Positions 1-12,335 of a DNA stretch of 64,000 nucleotides are shown here, piece after piece. The translations under genes were made by a program, and so were the position numbers. The notes below the pieces were generated by a model that was not told where the DNA came from, did no database searches, and saw nothing but the letters and a program-made list of their open reading frames with translations. The stretch's first letter is position 1. Every line of letters starts with the position of its first letter. The DNA is taken from the NCBI RefSeq assembly GCF_018350175.1, contig NC_058368.1, positions 91,328,001-91,392,000 of the forward strand. Reading direction: 5' to 3'. This DNA is from Felis catus (lineage: Eukaryota).

Positions 1-157
1 TTTATATTTTTTCTGCATCACTTCTTGGAGGCATTTATGTATTGATAGAGTCCTCTTTTATTAGCGATGGAGGCTTTTGTGCAGTAGAGATATAACTATC
101 TGGTCATATGTGTTGCAGCTGTTTTTTGCCATTTGTTATTTTTGTTTTAGCCTTTCA

Positions 158-841
158 TTTGTTGTTGTTGTTGTTCTGATCCATGCGTTCTTTATTCCAT
201 GACCAACCACTGCTGCATCCAAGCCACAGTACACAAACCTCAACCCAGCCTTACAACAATCTGAGGTTTACAGTACATTTAAGGCTTTTACATTTGAAAA
301 GAAAAGTTAAAATAAAACCAAAGAACACCCAAACCCAAGCCCCCAACCAGGATGAGTAGTGTAGCAATTTTTAAGCATCTTACATTTCTAATGCTTACTC
401 AGTGCAACTCCAGTGTCAAAACCCAAATAAGCCCTAAACTAGAAAGATTGGTTTAGTGATAAAAATTTTTTAAATTTTTTTTAATGTTTATTCATTTTTG
501 AGAGACAGAGACAGAGCACAAGCAGGGGAGGGGCAGAGAGAGAAGGAGACACAGAATCTGAAAGCAGGCTCCAGGTCTGAGCTGACAGCACAAAGCCCAA
601 TGCAGGACTCAAACCCATGAACTATGAGGTCATAACCCGAGCCAAAGTTAGATGCTTAACTGAGCGAGCCACCCAAGGACCCCAGTTTAGTGAAATTTTA
701 ATTACATAAATTCTTCAAAGCATAAACTTGTAATTTTTTGTCTTGGAAATGTTATAAAAAATTTTAATAGCAAAATACAGGAATAAAAACATATAAACAA
801 AATGTATTCAATCATTTACATTACAAACAAAGGATTTGCAG
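158..841 (-). pseudogene. Processed (retrocopied) mRNA 3'UTR fragment, parent gene unidentified; interrupted by a SINE
   Basis: The minus strand reads ...GGTCATGG-AATAAA-GAACGCATGGATCAG-AACAACAACAACAA, i.e. a polyA signal followed about 15 nt later by a decayed A-rich tail. The body is AT-rich and non-repetitive. Imperfect direct flanks: TTATTTTTGTTTTAGCCT (~136-153) and TTATTGTTGTAGCCT (~843-857). Confidence 0.6.
465..683 (-). mobile_element. CAN-SINE (SINEC)
   Basis: Reverse complement of tRNA-like head, (CT)n tract and A-tail; TSD GTTTAGTGA on both sides. Confidence 0.95.
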
Positions 842-1251
842 TTTATTGTTGTAGCCTAATGTTTTGATTGTCTGGTTGGCCTAACACAGAGCCTAGCCCA
901 CTTTCCTTCTGTAAAGTTCTCCTTGTAGGCCTTTTTAAAGTACTGTACATATTTGCAATTATATTGTGCATAGATTCTTAATGGGTAGTTTTCTTTTGTG
1001 TTTTAGACTTTCTAAGCAAGGGTTTGTGAGAGAAGTAAGCCCATGCTCTAATGCTGTAGGTATCAATCGTATGTAACTTCTGTTTTCAGCACCTAGAATA
1101 GTACTGATTATGTAGAATTGAGAAAGTATTCACCCAGTTCATTCTCTGTATTGTGTGGTTTGGATGAGGAACCCCAGGGGAGACATCTCCCTTTGTTTTT
1201 ACTGGCTTCACCCACATTTTCTCCACCATTTGAGTCAAAAATATTACATCC

Positions 1252-1468
1252 TGGGGTGCCTGGGTGACTCAGCCGGTTGAGCGTCGGACTTTGGCTCAGG
1301 TCATGATCTCACAGTTTGTGAGTTTGAGCCCTGCGTCAGGCTTTGTGCTGACAGCTCAGAGCCTGAATCCTGCTTTGGATTCCATGTCTCCATCGCTCTC
1401 TGCCCCTCCCCTGCTTGCACTCTGTCTCTCTCTCAAAAATAAATAAAAATTAAAAAAATTTAAAAAAT
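1252..1468 (+). mobile_element. CAN-SINE (SINEC)
   Basis: GGGGTGCCTGGGTGACTCAG head, CT-rich tract, AATAAA/A tail. Confidence 0.95.
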
Positions 1469-1864
1469 ATATTATACCCTGAATCACCTGAAATTTATTT
1501 TAGGATGCTCAGTCATGCAAAATAGCCATGTAATTTCCTTTTGACCAGCTAGCTAGTCTTACCAATATAATCCATCCCATAGTCTAACACTGATTTGTAA
1601 AGTCCTATTTTTTCATACGTGAAGTTCTCATATATATACAGGACAGCTGTAGACACCTAATTCTCTCCCATCAATTAGCTTGTCTGTTCTGGCACCTCTA
1701 CCATAGGGTTTTAATTGCCAAAAATTTAAGGATTATTGATATCTTTAAAATGTTAAATTGTCTTATCCAAACGCAGATGTGTCCTGTCATTTTTTCCAGA
1801 CTTCTCTTGTGTCCCTCAGGAAAGTTCTTTATATATACACATGTATATATATAAAACAAATCTT

Positions 1865-2080
1865 GGGGCACCTGGGTGGGTCAGTCAGTTAAGCGTCCCA
1901 CTTCGGCTTAGGTCATGATCTTGTAGTTAGTGAGTTCAAGCCCCGCTTCAGGCTCCGTGCTGACAGCTCAGAGCCTGGAGCCTGCTTTGGATTCTGTGTC
2001 TCCCTCTCTCTCTGCCCCTCCCCTGCTTGCACTCTCTTTCTCAAAAATAAATAAACATTAAAAAATTTTTTTTAAATTAA
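1865..2080 (+). mobile_element. CAN-SINE (SINEC)
   Basis: GGGGCACCTGGGTGGGTCAG head, CT tract, A tail. Confidence 0.95.
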
Positions 2081-2084
2081 AATG

Positions 2085-2330
2085 GTAACAACAAAATTCA
2101 GTATTTAGGTATAAATTTAATAAAATATGTGCAGGATCTGTATGCTGAAAACTATAAAATTCTAATGAACATAACTAGATAACACTTAAGTATACAGGAT
2201 ACCATTTTCATGGCTCAGAAAACTCAATATTCTGAGGTCAGTTTTCCCTAATTTGATCCAGAGATTCAGTGCAATTCTAATCGAAGTCTCTGCAGGCTGT
2301 TTGTTTGTAGATATTGACAAGCTGATGAAG
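2085..2330 (+). mobile_element. Old L1 (L1M-type) ORF2 fragment
   Basis: TATTTAGGTATAAATTTAATAAAATATGTGCAGGATCTGTATGCTGAAAACTATAAA matches the L1 ORF2 YLGINL.K.V.DLY.ENYK region; decayed. Confidence 0.75.
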
Positions 2331-2554
2331 AGTTGTAAGCAGCACTCTGAGAACCCTAGATCTGGAAACGTGAGGGTTGATTGGCTGATGAACAAATTTT
2401 GCTTTCTCTCAACGTACTTGGTGTTTCCTGCACACTCGCAGATCACACCGCACCCACAGATGAACTTGGGCCAGAGCAACCCTGGCCCCTTGAGAGCAGA
2501 CACTGGAACCAGTGAACCCATCACTTGAGAGGTTTTTTTTTTTTTTACCCTGCC

Positions 2555-2990
2555 CCGGCTCTACAGCTGGAGGGATTTGGGCCAGACCAGCTCCTCCCCA
2601 AAGCCGGCCCTTCTGCGGACCAGGTGAGCGTCAGTGCACCAGAGCGCAAAAGGACTGCAATCCCCAGGATGCTCCGCGGCGTTTCCGCCTACACGCGGTT
2701 GCCTAGGCGAGCAGCCTCTGACTTGGAAAGAAGTTGGTTCGCTGGGGTTGATTTAGCTGCGGTCTTGGTGAGAAGGCGGCAGGCTTGGATCCCGCGGGGA
2801 AAGGCTTTGGTAGAGCCCGTCGGAGCAGCTGGGGAGAGACTCCCGCCCAGATGGGCTCCAAACCGGAACTCCAGAGGGCCCTTCTGATGTCCCTCAGTCC
2901 TCTCCTGACCTTGAGGATGCCTGTCCCATTTCAGAGGCGAAGCCACTGAGTCTGAGTCTCGCCGTCTTGGAACAGCTGCCGCGTGTCTGC
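2555..2990. promoter_or_regulatory. Small CpG/GC-enriched unique island, possible promoter or first exon
   Basis: Visibly more CpG than its flanks (e.g. GCTCCGCGGCGTTTCCGCCTACACGCGG); 5' splice-site-like CAG|GTGAGC at 2621-2629. Confidence 0.3.
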
Positions 2991-4025
2991 TTATCTGGTT
3001 CATGCTTTCTAATTTTCAGGAAACGCTTGTAAGTTTCTCACGTGGCTTCTTAAAATTACTCCCAGGGATTTGCTTTTGTTGCTATGTTAATACGATGCCC
3101 TTCTCCCTCCCTCCACCACATTGTCTTGATTGTTTTATTAGTCACAAATACGAAAGCTTCTGTTCATTCATGTATCAGTCACCTTGCTGAACCGTCTTCT
3201 GAATTCTTAACCATATTTGTGTATGTGTTCCTTGTTCCAGTAGTGTTGGAAAAGTTCAAGACATTTACCTCTCTTTTGGGGTTTTAAATTTAACTGCATT
3301 GGCAAACACTTCTCGAACCAGGTGGCATAAAGGTGTTAATAAAGCAGCCTGATTTTGCACAGGTGGTGTGGAGATACCAATAGTGTTTGAACACCAAGGG
3401 TTTGCTTTAATTTAGATACTGTTTGACGTGAAGGGAAACGTCATCCTAGTCATGTTAGTGATATTTGTATATATACGTGCTCATTTATACATAAAGTAGG
3501 AAAATGTATGAGGTTTCAACCAAGACTTAAATTTAAATGGATGTTTTTCGTGTTTTGCCATTTAACATCGTACGTAATATAGAATCCTTCACAGTGGACC
3601 CACTGTGAATCCCTGGGATAAATACAACGTGATGTATTAGTCATTATTTAATATACCTTAGATTCTATTTGGTTATCTGATTTTATTTGTTAGGATATTT
3701 TTCCTCCTCTTTATCAGGTTCAGGTATAGATTCCTTTGCATAATGAGCTAGATCGATATACATCTTTTGTGTTTTTTTTTCTAAAAAAAATTCTATATGC
3801 AATGGAAATCATCTCTAAAATGTAAAACCATCTAGATTCAAAGCCTCTGGGGTATTATTCTTTGTTCCATTTTATTTATTTTTTGTTTTAACGTTGCTTT
3901 CTGAATGTATTTTCTTCCATGTTGTCAATTTCGTTGGTGTTCTCAATTTTATGAGTAAATAAGAAGCCACAGTTGTTTTTTTGTTTGTTTACATTTTCTT
4001 TCACCAATGCTATATACACAATTCC

Positions 4026-4396
4026 TTTTTTTAATTTAATTTATTTTTTAAATTTACATCCAAATTAGCATATAGTGCAACAATGATTTCAAGAGTAGAT
4101 TCCTTAATGCCCCTTACCCATTTAGCCCATCCCCCCTCCCACAACCCCTCCAGTAACCCTCTGTTTGTTCTCCATATTTAAGAGTCTCTTATGTTTTGTC
4201 CCCCTCCCTGTTTTTATATTATTTTTGCTTCTCTTCCCTTATGTTCATCTGTTTTGTACCTTAAAGTCCTCATATGAGTGAAGTCATATGATACTTGTCT
4301 TTCTCTAATTTCGCTTAGTGTAATACTCTCTAGTTCCACCCACATAGTTGCAAACGGCAAGATTTCATTCTTTTTGATTGCCGAGTAATACTCCAT

Positions 4397-4450
<54 letters not shown>

Positions 4451-5510
4451 CACACCACATCTTCTTTATCCATTTATCCATTGATGGACATTTGGGCTCT
4501 TTCCATACTTTGGCTATTGTGGATAGTGCTGCTATAAATATTGGGGTGCAGGTGCCCCTTTGAAACAGCATACCTGTATCCCTTGGATAAATACCTAGTA
4601 GTGCAATTGCTGGGTTGTAGGGTAGTTCTATTTTTAATTTTTTGAGGAACCTCCGTACTGTTTTCCAGCATGGCTGCATCAGTTTGCATTCCCACCAGCA
4701 GTGCAAAAGAGATCCTCTTTCTCCACATCCTCGCCAACATCTGTTGTTGCCTGAGTGGTTAATGTGAGCCATTCTGACAGGTGTGAGGTGGTATCTCATT
4801 GTGGTTTTGATTTGTGTTTCTCTGATGATGAGTGATGTTGGGCATTTTTCCATATGTCAGTTGGCCATCTGGATGTCTTCTTTGGAGAAGTGTCTATTCA
4901 TGTCTTTTGCCCATTTATTCACTGGATTCTTTGTTTTTTGTGTGTGTTGAGTTTGATAAGTTCTTTATAGATCTTGGATACTAACCCTTTATCTGATATG
5001 TCATTTGCAAATGTCTTCTCCCATTCCATCAGGTGCCTTTTAGTTTTGCTGATTGTTTCCTTTGCCGTGCAGATGCTTTTTATTTTGATGAGGTCCCAAT
5101 AGTTCATTTTTGCTTTGGTTTCCCTTGCCTCTGGAGACGTGTTGAGTAAGAACTTGCTGCGGCCAAGGTCGAAGAGGTTTTTGCCTGCTTTCTCCTCGAG
5201 GATTTTGATGCTTTCCTGTCTTACATTGAGGTCTTTTATCCATTTTGAGTTTAGTTTTGTGTCTGGTGTAAGAAAGTGGTCCAGGTTCATTCTTCTGCAT
5301 GTCGCTGTCCAGTTTTCCCAGCACCACTTGCTGAAGAGACTGTCTTTATTCCATTGGATATTCTTTCCTGCTTTGTCAAAGATTAGTTGGTTATACATTT
5401 GTGGGTCCATTTCTGGGTTCTCTATTCTGTTTCATTGATCTGAGTGTCTGTTCTTGTGCCAGTACCATACTGTCTTGATGATTACAGCTTTGTAATACAG
5501 CTTCAAGTCC
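4026..5510 (-). mobile_element. Young feline-type L1, 5'-truncated (ORF2 C-terminus, 3'UTR, polyA)
   Basis: ORFs 4919-5410 ([26 protein letters not shown]) and 4365-4853 ([12 protein letters not shown]...CWRGCGE...HCWWECKL) are L1 ORF2 C-terminal segments broken by frameshifts. TSD TATATACACAATTC (4011-4024) / TATATACACCATTC (5512-5525). Confidence 0.97.
4401..4444. repeat. (TA)n microsatellite expanded inside the L1
   Basis: Direct read; the homologous site in the 32-kb L1 copy has only GATATATATACC. Confidence 0.95.
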
Positions 5511-5774
5511 GTATATACACCATTCTTATGTAACATCTTTATTTCTTCTTTTCCTTCTACTCCTCTTCCTTCTTCATAAGAGAAACCTGAATTTTCTCTT
5601 TCTTTGGTCTCTACTCTCAGAGGAAGGCTAAAGGGCCCAGAGGGAAACTGGGATGTCAGACAGAGGGCTAGCCATCAGAGAAGAGATTTTTCTCCTTTCT
5701 TGCTGGACTGCTTTTCCTCTACCTTATTCAAGAGGACCATCAGAATTCCTTTTGTTATTGTTGTTGTTTTTTGT

Positions 5775-5885
5775 TTTAATGTTTTTTGTTTGTTTATTTC
5801 TTTTCAGTAATCTGTATACCCAACATGGTGCTCAAACTCACAACCCTGAGATCAAGAGTCACATGCTCCTCCAACCAAGCATCTG
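5775..5885 (-). mobile_element. Short old CAN-SINE
   Basis: AGTAATCTGTATACCCAACATGGTGCTCAAACTCACAACCCTGAGATCAAGAGTC, a short SINEC type lacking the CT tract. Confidence 0.75.
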
Positions 5886-8800
5886 TAGCCTAGAAATAAA
5901 TTCCATTTGGTCCTGGTGGATAATCCTTTCAATGTACATTTGAATTTAATTTGTTAATATTTTGTTGACAATATTTGCATCTATGTTCATCACTGGTATT
6001 GGTCTATAATTTTCTTGTAGTATCCTTATCTGGCTTTGGTATCAGAGTGATGCTGGCCTCCCAAAATGAATTGGGAAGACTTGAGAAGAATTGGCATTAA
6101 TTCTTCTTTAAATATTTGCTAGAATTAGCTGGGAAAGCTATCTGGTCCAGGGGCTTTATGTGTTGGGAGGTTTTGCTCACTGATTCAGTCTCTTTTGGCA
6201 CTGTCTGTTCAGATTTTCTGTTTGTTCATAATTCAGTCTTGGTAGGTTGTAAGTTTCTAGGAATTTATCCATTTCTTCTAGGTTATCCAATTTTTTGTTA
6301 TGTAATTGTTCACAGTACTCTTTTATGATCCTGTGAATTTCTGTAGTATCAGGTTTCTTTTAATTTTTTTTTTTTTGAGAGAGAGAGAGAGAGCAGGGGA
6401 GGTGGAGAGAGAGAGAGAGAGGGAGACATGGAATCTGAAGCAGGCTCTGTGCTCCATTAGCACAGAGCTGACGTGTGGCTCAAACCCACAAAACGTGGGG
6501 TCATGACCTGAGCCAAAGTCGAATGCTTAACTAACTGAGCCACCCAGGCACCCCTCTGTAGTATTAGTTTTAATGTGTCTTCTTTAATTTTATTTTTTAA
6601 CAAGGTTAAATAGGAGTCATAAGAGTGGATATCTGTCCCTTCCTAGTCTTAGAAGTATCTAGTTTGTCATCATTAATTGTGTTGTTAACTGTAGGTTTAC
6701 ATAGATGTCCTTTATCATGTTGAGGAGGTTCCCCTTTATTCTTGTTGATTTTAATCATGAATGAGTGTTGGATTTTTTAAATGGTTTTTATGCATTTATA
6801 CATACATGCTTCGTATGATTTTTCTTCTTTAGCCTGTTGATGTGATGAATTATATTAATTTTCAAATATTGTAGCAGCCTTGCATGCCTGGAATAAACCC
6901 CACTTATTCATGATGTATAATTTTTTAATACATTAAAAAATTTTCCCCAATGTTTATTTTTGAGAGAGAGAGAAAGAGCAAGCGAGCATGAGAGGGGGAA
7001 GGGCAGAGAGCGAGAGGGAGACACAGAATCTGATGCAGGTACCAGGCTCTGAGCTGTCAGCACAGAGCCCAACGAGTGGTTCAAACTCCTGGACCTTGAG
7101 ATCATGACCTGACCCGAAGTCGGACACTTAACCAACTGAGCAACCCAGGCGCCCCTACATTTTTTGATTCATTTGCTAACATTTTGTTGAGGATTTTTGC
7201 AACTATGTTCGTGAAAGATAACGGTCTGTAGTTTTCTTTACTTGTAAAGTCTTCATATGGTTTTTGTTGTTAGGGTCATTCTGGCCTTGTAGAATGAGTT
7301 AGCAAGAGTTCTTTCTGCTATTTTCTGGAAGATATTGTAGAGAATCGGTATTATTTCTTTCTCAATTGTGTGGTAAAACCATTACTGGTGAAACCATCTG
7401 CTTGTTGCTCTCTTTTTAGAAGGTTATTAATTATTGTTTCAGTTTCTTTATGAATTTCTCTATTACATGAGTTTTGTTTCTTTCAAAGAATTTTATTGAA
7501 TCTATTAAATTTGGGGGCATGGAATTATTTGTAATATCTCTTTTTAATGTCTGTGAGATCAATAGTGGTGACCCCCTTTCATTTCCAGTATTTGTGTATT
7601 TGTAACTTATGATTTCTCTCTCTCTTTTTTTTTTTTTTCTTGGTTAACCCTGATAGAGTTGTATCAAAAAGCCAATGTTTGGTGTTCATTGATTTTTCTC
7701 TAGTGATTAACTGTTTTCAAATTCACTGACTTCTGTTCTAATTTTTATTATTGCTTCTGTTTGCTTTTCTTCTGTTTGCTTTTATAGTGCTCATTTTCCT
7801 CTGTTTTTCTAAGGTGGAAACTTAGATTATTGGTTTTAGAAATTTTAATTTTCTAATTAAAAAAATTATTTTCCTAATGTATGGATTAATTGCTATAAAT
7901 TTCCCTAATATGCATTGCTTTTACTGAAGCCTACATGTTTTACTATGTTGTATTTTCATTTTCACTGAGTTAAATATATTTTGAAACTTCTCTTTTGGTT
8001 TCCTCTTTGACTCAAGTGTTATTTAAAAGTGTGTTGTTTAATCTCTAATTTTTTTGATATTTTCCAGCTATCTTTAGGTTACTGAGTTCCAGTTAAATTC
8101 CACTGTAGCTGACTGCACTCTTGTATGATTTTCAATTAAAAACATTGTTAAGGAGGTGCTTGGGTGGCTCAGTTGGTTGGGTGTCCGACTTTGGCTCAGG
8201 TCATGATCTCATTGCTCATGAGTTCGAGCCCCGTGTTGGGCTCTGTGCTGAGGGCTCAGAGCCTGGAGTCTGCTTTGGATTCTGTCTCTCTGTCTCTCCC
8301 CTGCTCATGCTTTGTCTCTCTCTCCTTCAAAAATAAATAAACATTAAAAACAATTTTTTTAAAGATATTGTTAAGGTGTTTTTATGGCCCGGAGTGTGAA
8401 ATATCCTGGTGAATGTTCCCAGTGAGCTTGAGAAGAATGCGTATGCTGCTGTGGTTGGATAAAATATTTTATAGATGTCAAATAGATGTCCAATTGATTG
8501 GTGGTATTATGTAGTTAAACCCTATTCTCACTTATTTTCTACCAACTGGATAGGTCAGTTACTGATAAAGAGATGTTTTGAAGTCTCCAAGTATGATAGT
8601 GAATTTGTCTATTTCTTTTTGCAATTCTATCAGTTTTTGTCTCACATAGTTTGATGCTCTGTTAGGTGCATGCATGTTAAGGATTATTATTATGTCTTCT
8701 TGGAGAATTGATTCCTTTATCATGATGTAATGTCCCTCTTTGTCTCTTATAAATCCCTTGTTTTGAAGTTGGCTTTGAAATTAAGATAGCTTGTCCATCT

Positions 8801-9369
8801 TTCTTTTTCAACGTTGTTTTTTTTTTATTTATTTTTGCGACAGAGAGAGACAGAGCATGAATGGGGGAGGGGCAGAGAGAGAGGGAGACACAGAATCGGA
8901 AACAGGCTCCAGGCTCTGAGCCAGCAGCCCAGAGCCCGACGCGGGGCTCGAACTCACGGACCGCGAGATCGTGACCTGGCTGAAGTCGGACGCTTAACCG
9001 ACTGCGCCACCCAGGCGCCCCAACCATCTTTCTTTTGATTAGACTTAGCATGGTAATATCTTACTCCATCCCTTTACTGTTAATCTATATGTGTCTTTGT
9101 ATTTATAGTGGGTTTCTTGTAGACAACATATAGTGGGTCTTTTCCTATTTTACTCTGACAGTCTCTGTCTTTTAATTGGTATATTTAGGCCACTCACATT
9201 TAAAGTAATTGGTATAGTTGGGTTAATATTTACCATGTTTATAAGTGTTTTTCATCTATTATATCTGTTCTTTTAAAAAATATTCCCCTCTTTTTCTGCT
9301 TTCTCTGGTTTTTTTTTAAGTTTATTTATTTATTTTGAGAGAGAGCATGTGTGCACATGCAGGGGAGGG

Positions 9370-9444
<75 letters not shown>

Positions 9445-9790
9445 TAAGCAGGCTTTATATCCAGCACAGAGCCCAACACGGGTCTCAGTCTCACAACCAT
9501 GACATGATGGCCTGAGCCAAAATCAAGAGTCAGATACTTAACTGACAGCCACCCAGGCAACCCTGCTTTCCCTGGTCGTAATTGAACATTTTATATGATT
9601 CCATTTTTTTTTCTTCTTAGCATACTTCTTTAAAATTTTTAATGTTGCCCTAAATTTGAAATATACATTTTCAGCTAATATACGTCTACTTTCAGCTAAT
9701 ACTAGACTGCTTCATGGGTAGTGGGGGTACCTTAATAAGAATATTCCCAATTCCATATCTTATTCCTTATGACATTTTTGCATTTATGCA
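5886..9790 (-). mobile_element. Old L1 ORF2 fragments (probably two elements), interrupted by CAN-SINEs at ~6357-6554(-), 6945-7154(-), 8152-8362(+), 8803-9021(-), 9310-9563(-)
   Basis: Antisense L1 hallmarks: TCTGGCTTTGGTATCAGAGTGATGCTGGCCTC (RT region) and GTGAATGTTCCCAGTGAGCTTGAGAAGAATG (endonuclease region). The SINEs have recognisable heads and tails. Confidence 0.8.
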
Positions 9791-10212
9791 AAATGATTTG
9801 CATTTCCCTGATAATGATGTTGATCATCTTTTCATGTGTCAGTTGGCCATTTGTATGTCTTCTTTGGAAAAATGTTCATTCAGTTACTCTGCTCATTTTT
9901 TGATCTGATTATTTGTGGGTTTTGTGTGTGTTTATTCTTTATATACTTTGGATATTAATCCCCTACCAGATTAATTAATTATCGCATTCAGTAGGTTGCC
10001 TTGTCAGTTTGTTTATGGTTACCTTCATTGTGCAAACATTTTTTTTAGTTTGGTGTGGTCTCAACAGTTTATTTTTGCTTTTGTTTCCCTTGTGCAAGGA
10101 GACATATCCAAAAAAGTGTTACTAAGGCTGATGTCAAAGAAATTATTGCTCTATGCTTTGTTTTAGGACTTTCATGATTTCAGGTCTCACATTTAGGTCT
10201 TTAATCCATTTT

Positions 10213-10237
10213 GTATATGTGCTGCCGAAGCAAGCAC
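10213..10237 (-). pseudogene. RNU6: Tailless 5' fragment (nt 1-25) of U6 snRNA, retrocopy
   Basis: The minus strand GTGCTTGCTTCGGCAGCACATATAC matches U6 nt 1-25 (GTGCTCGCTTCGGCAGCACATATAC) at 24/25. Perfect 15-bp TSD TCTTTAATCCATTTT at 10198-10212 and 10238-10252. Confidence 0.93.
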
Positions 10238-10266
10238 TCTTTAATCCATTTTGAATTTAATTGTAT

Positions 10267-10492
10267 AGGGGCGCCTGGGTGGCGCAGTCGGTTGAGTGTC
10301 CGACTTCAGCCAGGTCACGATCTCGCGGTCCGTGAGTTCGAGCCCCGCGTTGGGCTCTGGGCTGATGGCTCAGAGCCTGGAGCCTGTTTCCAATTCTGTG
10401 TCTCCCTCTCTCTCTGCCCCTTCCCCGTTCATGCTCTGTCTCTCTCTGTCCCAAAAATAAAATAAAAACGTTGAAAAAAAATTAAAAAAAAA
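10267..10492 (+). mobile_element. Young feline-type CAN-SINE
   Basis: CpG-rich head; TSD GAATTTAATTGTAT. Confidence 0.96.
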
Positions 10493-12294
10493 TGAATTTA
10501 ATTGTATGGTATAAGAAATTGGTCCAATTTCATTTGTTTTTTTGTTTTTTTAATTTCATTTTATTGTATGTAGCTGTCCACTTTTCCCAACACCATTTAT
10601 TGAAGAGATTGTCTTTTCCCATTGTATATTCTTGCCTTTTTTTGTCATAGATTAATTGACCATATAAGTGTGGATTTATTTCTGGGCTCTCTATTCTTTT
10701 CTATTGATCTGCATGTCTGTTTTTGTGCTAGGACCATAGTGTTTTGATTACTATAGCTTTGTAGTGTAGTTTGAAATCTAAGGTGGTGATATCTCCAACT
10801 TTGTTCTTTCCCGTGACTGCTTTGGCTATTCAGGGTTCTTTGTGGTTCTACATGTATTTTAGAAGTATTTGTTCTAGTTACATGAAAATATAATTGGAAT
10901 TTTGATAGGGCTTTTGCATTGAATCCTTAGATTGTTTAGGGTAGTGTGGACATTTTAACAATATAAATTCTTCCATTCCATGAGCATGGTATATCTTTGC
11001 ATTTGTGCTGACTTCATTTTTTTCATCTATGTCTTATAGTTTTCAGAGTATGTCTTTTACCTCCTTGGCTAAATTTATTCCTAGGTATTTTATTCTTTTT
11101 GGTGTAATCATAAATGGGATTGTTTTCTTTATTTCTCTTTCTTTTACTTTTGTATTAGTGTATGGAAATGCAACAGATTTCCATATATCAATTTTGTATC
11201 TGCAATATTACCGAACTCACTTATTACCTCTAGTAGCTTTTTGGTGGGGTCTTTATGGTTTTCTATATATAGTATCAGCTGCAAATAGTGATAGTTTTAC
11301 TTCTTTACCAATTTGAATGCCTTTTATTTTTTTCTTATCTCATTGCTGTGGCTAGGCTATATCGAGTAAAAGTGACAAGAGTGGACATGCTTGTTCCTGA
11401 TCCTAGAGAAGAAGCTTTCAGGTTTTCACCATCGAGTATGATGGTAGCTGTAGGTTTGCAATATGGCCCTTATTATGTTGAGGTATATTCCTTCTATACC
11501 CAGTTTGTTGACAATTTATATCATGAACACATATTGAATTTTGTCAGTGCTTTTTCTGCATCTGTTGAGATGATTATATGATTTTTATCCTTCATTTTGT
11601 TAATTGGATGTATCACGTTGATTGATTTGCAAATATTCGACATACTTGCATCCCTGGAATAATCTTTTAATGTATATTTCAGGTTAGTTTGCTGATATTT
11701 TCTTGAAGATATTTTCATCTATGTTCATCAAGGGTATTGGCTTGTAGTTTGACATTTTTGTAGTGCCTTTGCTTGTGGTATCAGGGTAGTGCTGAATTTG
11801 GAGATTTTCTTTGTCTTCTATTTTTTAGAATAGTTGGAAAGGGTAGGTATTACTTTTCTATAATTGTTTGGTAGAATTTACCTGTGAAGCAATCTGGTCT
11901 TGGACTTTGGAGTGTTTGTTTTGTTTTGTTTTTGTTTGTTTTTGTTTTGTTTTGTTTTACTCCTAACTCAATTTTGTTACTAGTAATTGGTCTGTTCAGA
12001 CCAATTGATCTGTTCTCTATTTCTACCTGATTCTGTTTTATAAGATTATATGTTTCTATGAATTTATCCATTTCTTGTAGGTTGTCGACTTTGTTGGCAT
12101 AAACTTTTAGTAGAAGTCTTTTATAATCCTTTGTATTTCTGTGGTATTGATACTTCTTTTTCATTTCTGATTTTATTCATTTGTTCCTCTTCCTTTTTGC
12201 CTTGTATAGTCTGGCTAAAGGTTTATCAATTTGGTTTATTTTCTTTTCAAAGAATTAGCCTTGGTTTCATTGATTCTTTCTTTCTTTGATTCTT

Positions 12295-12335
<41 letters not shown>

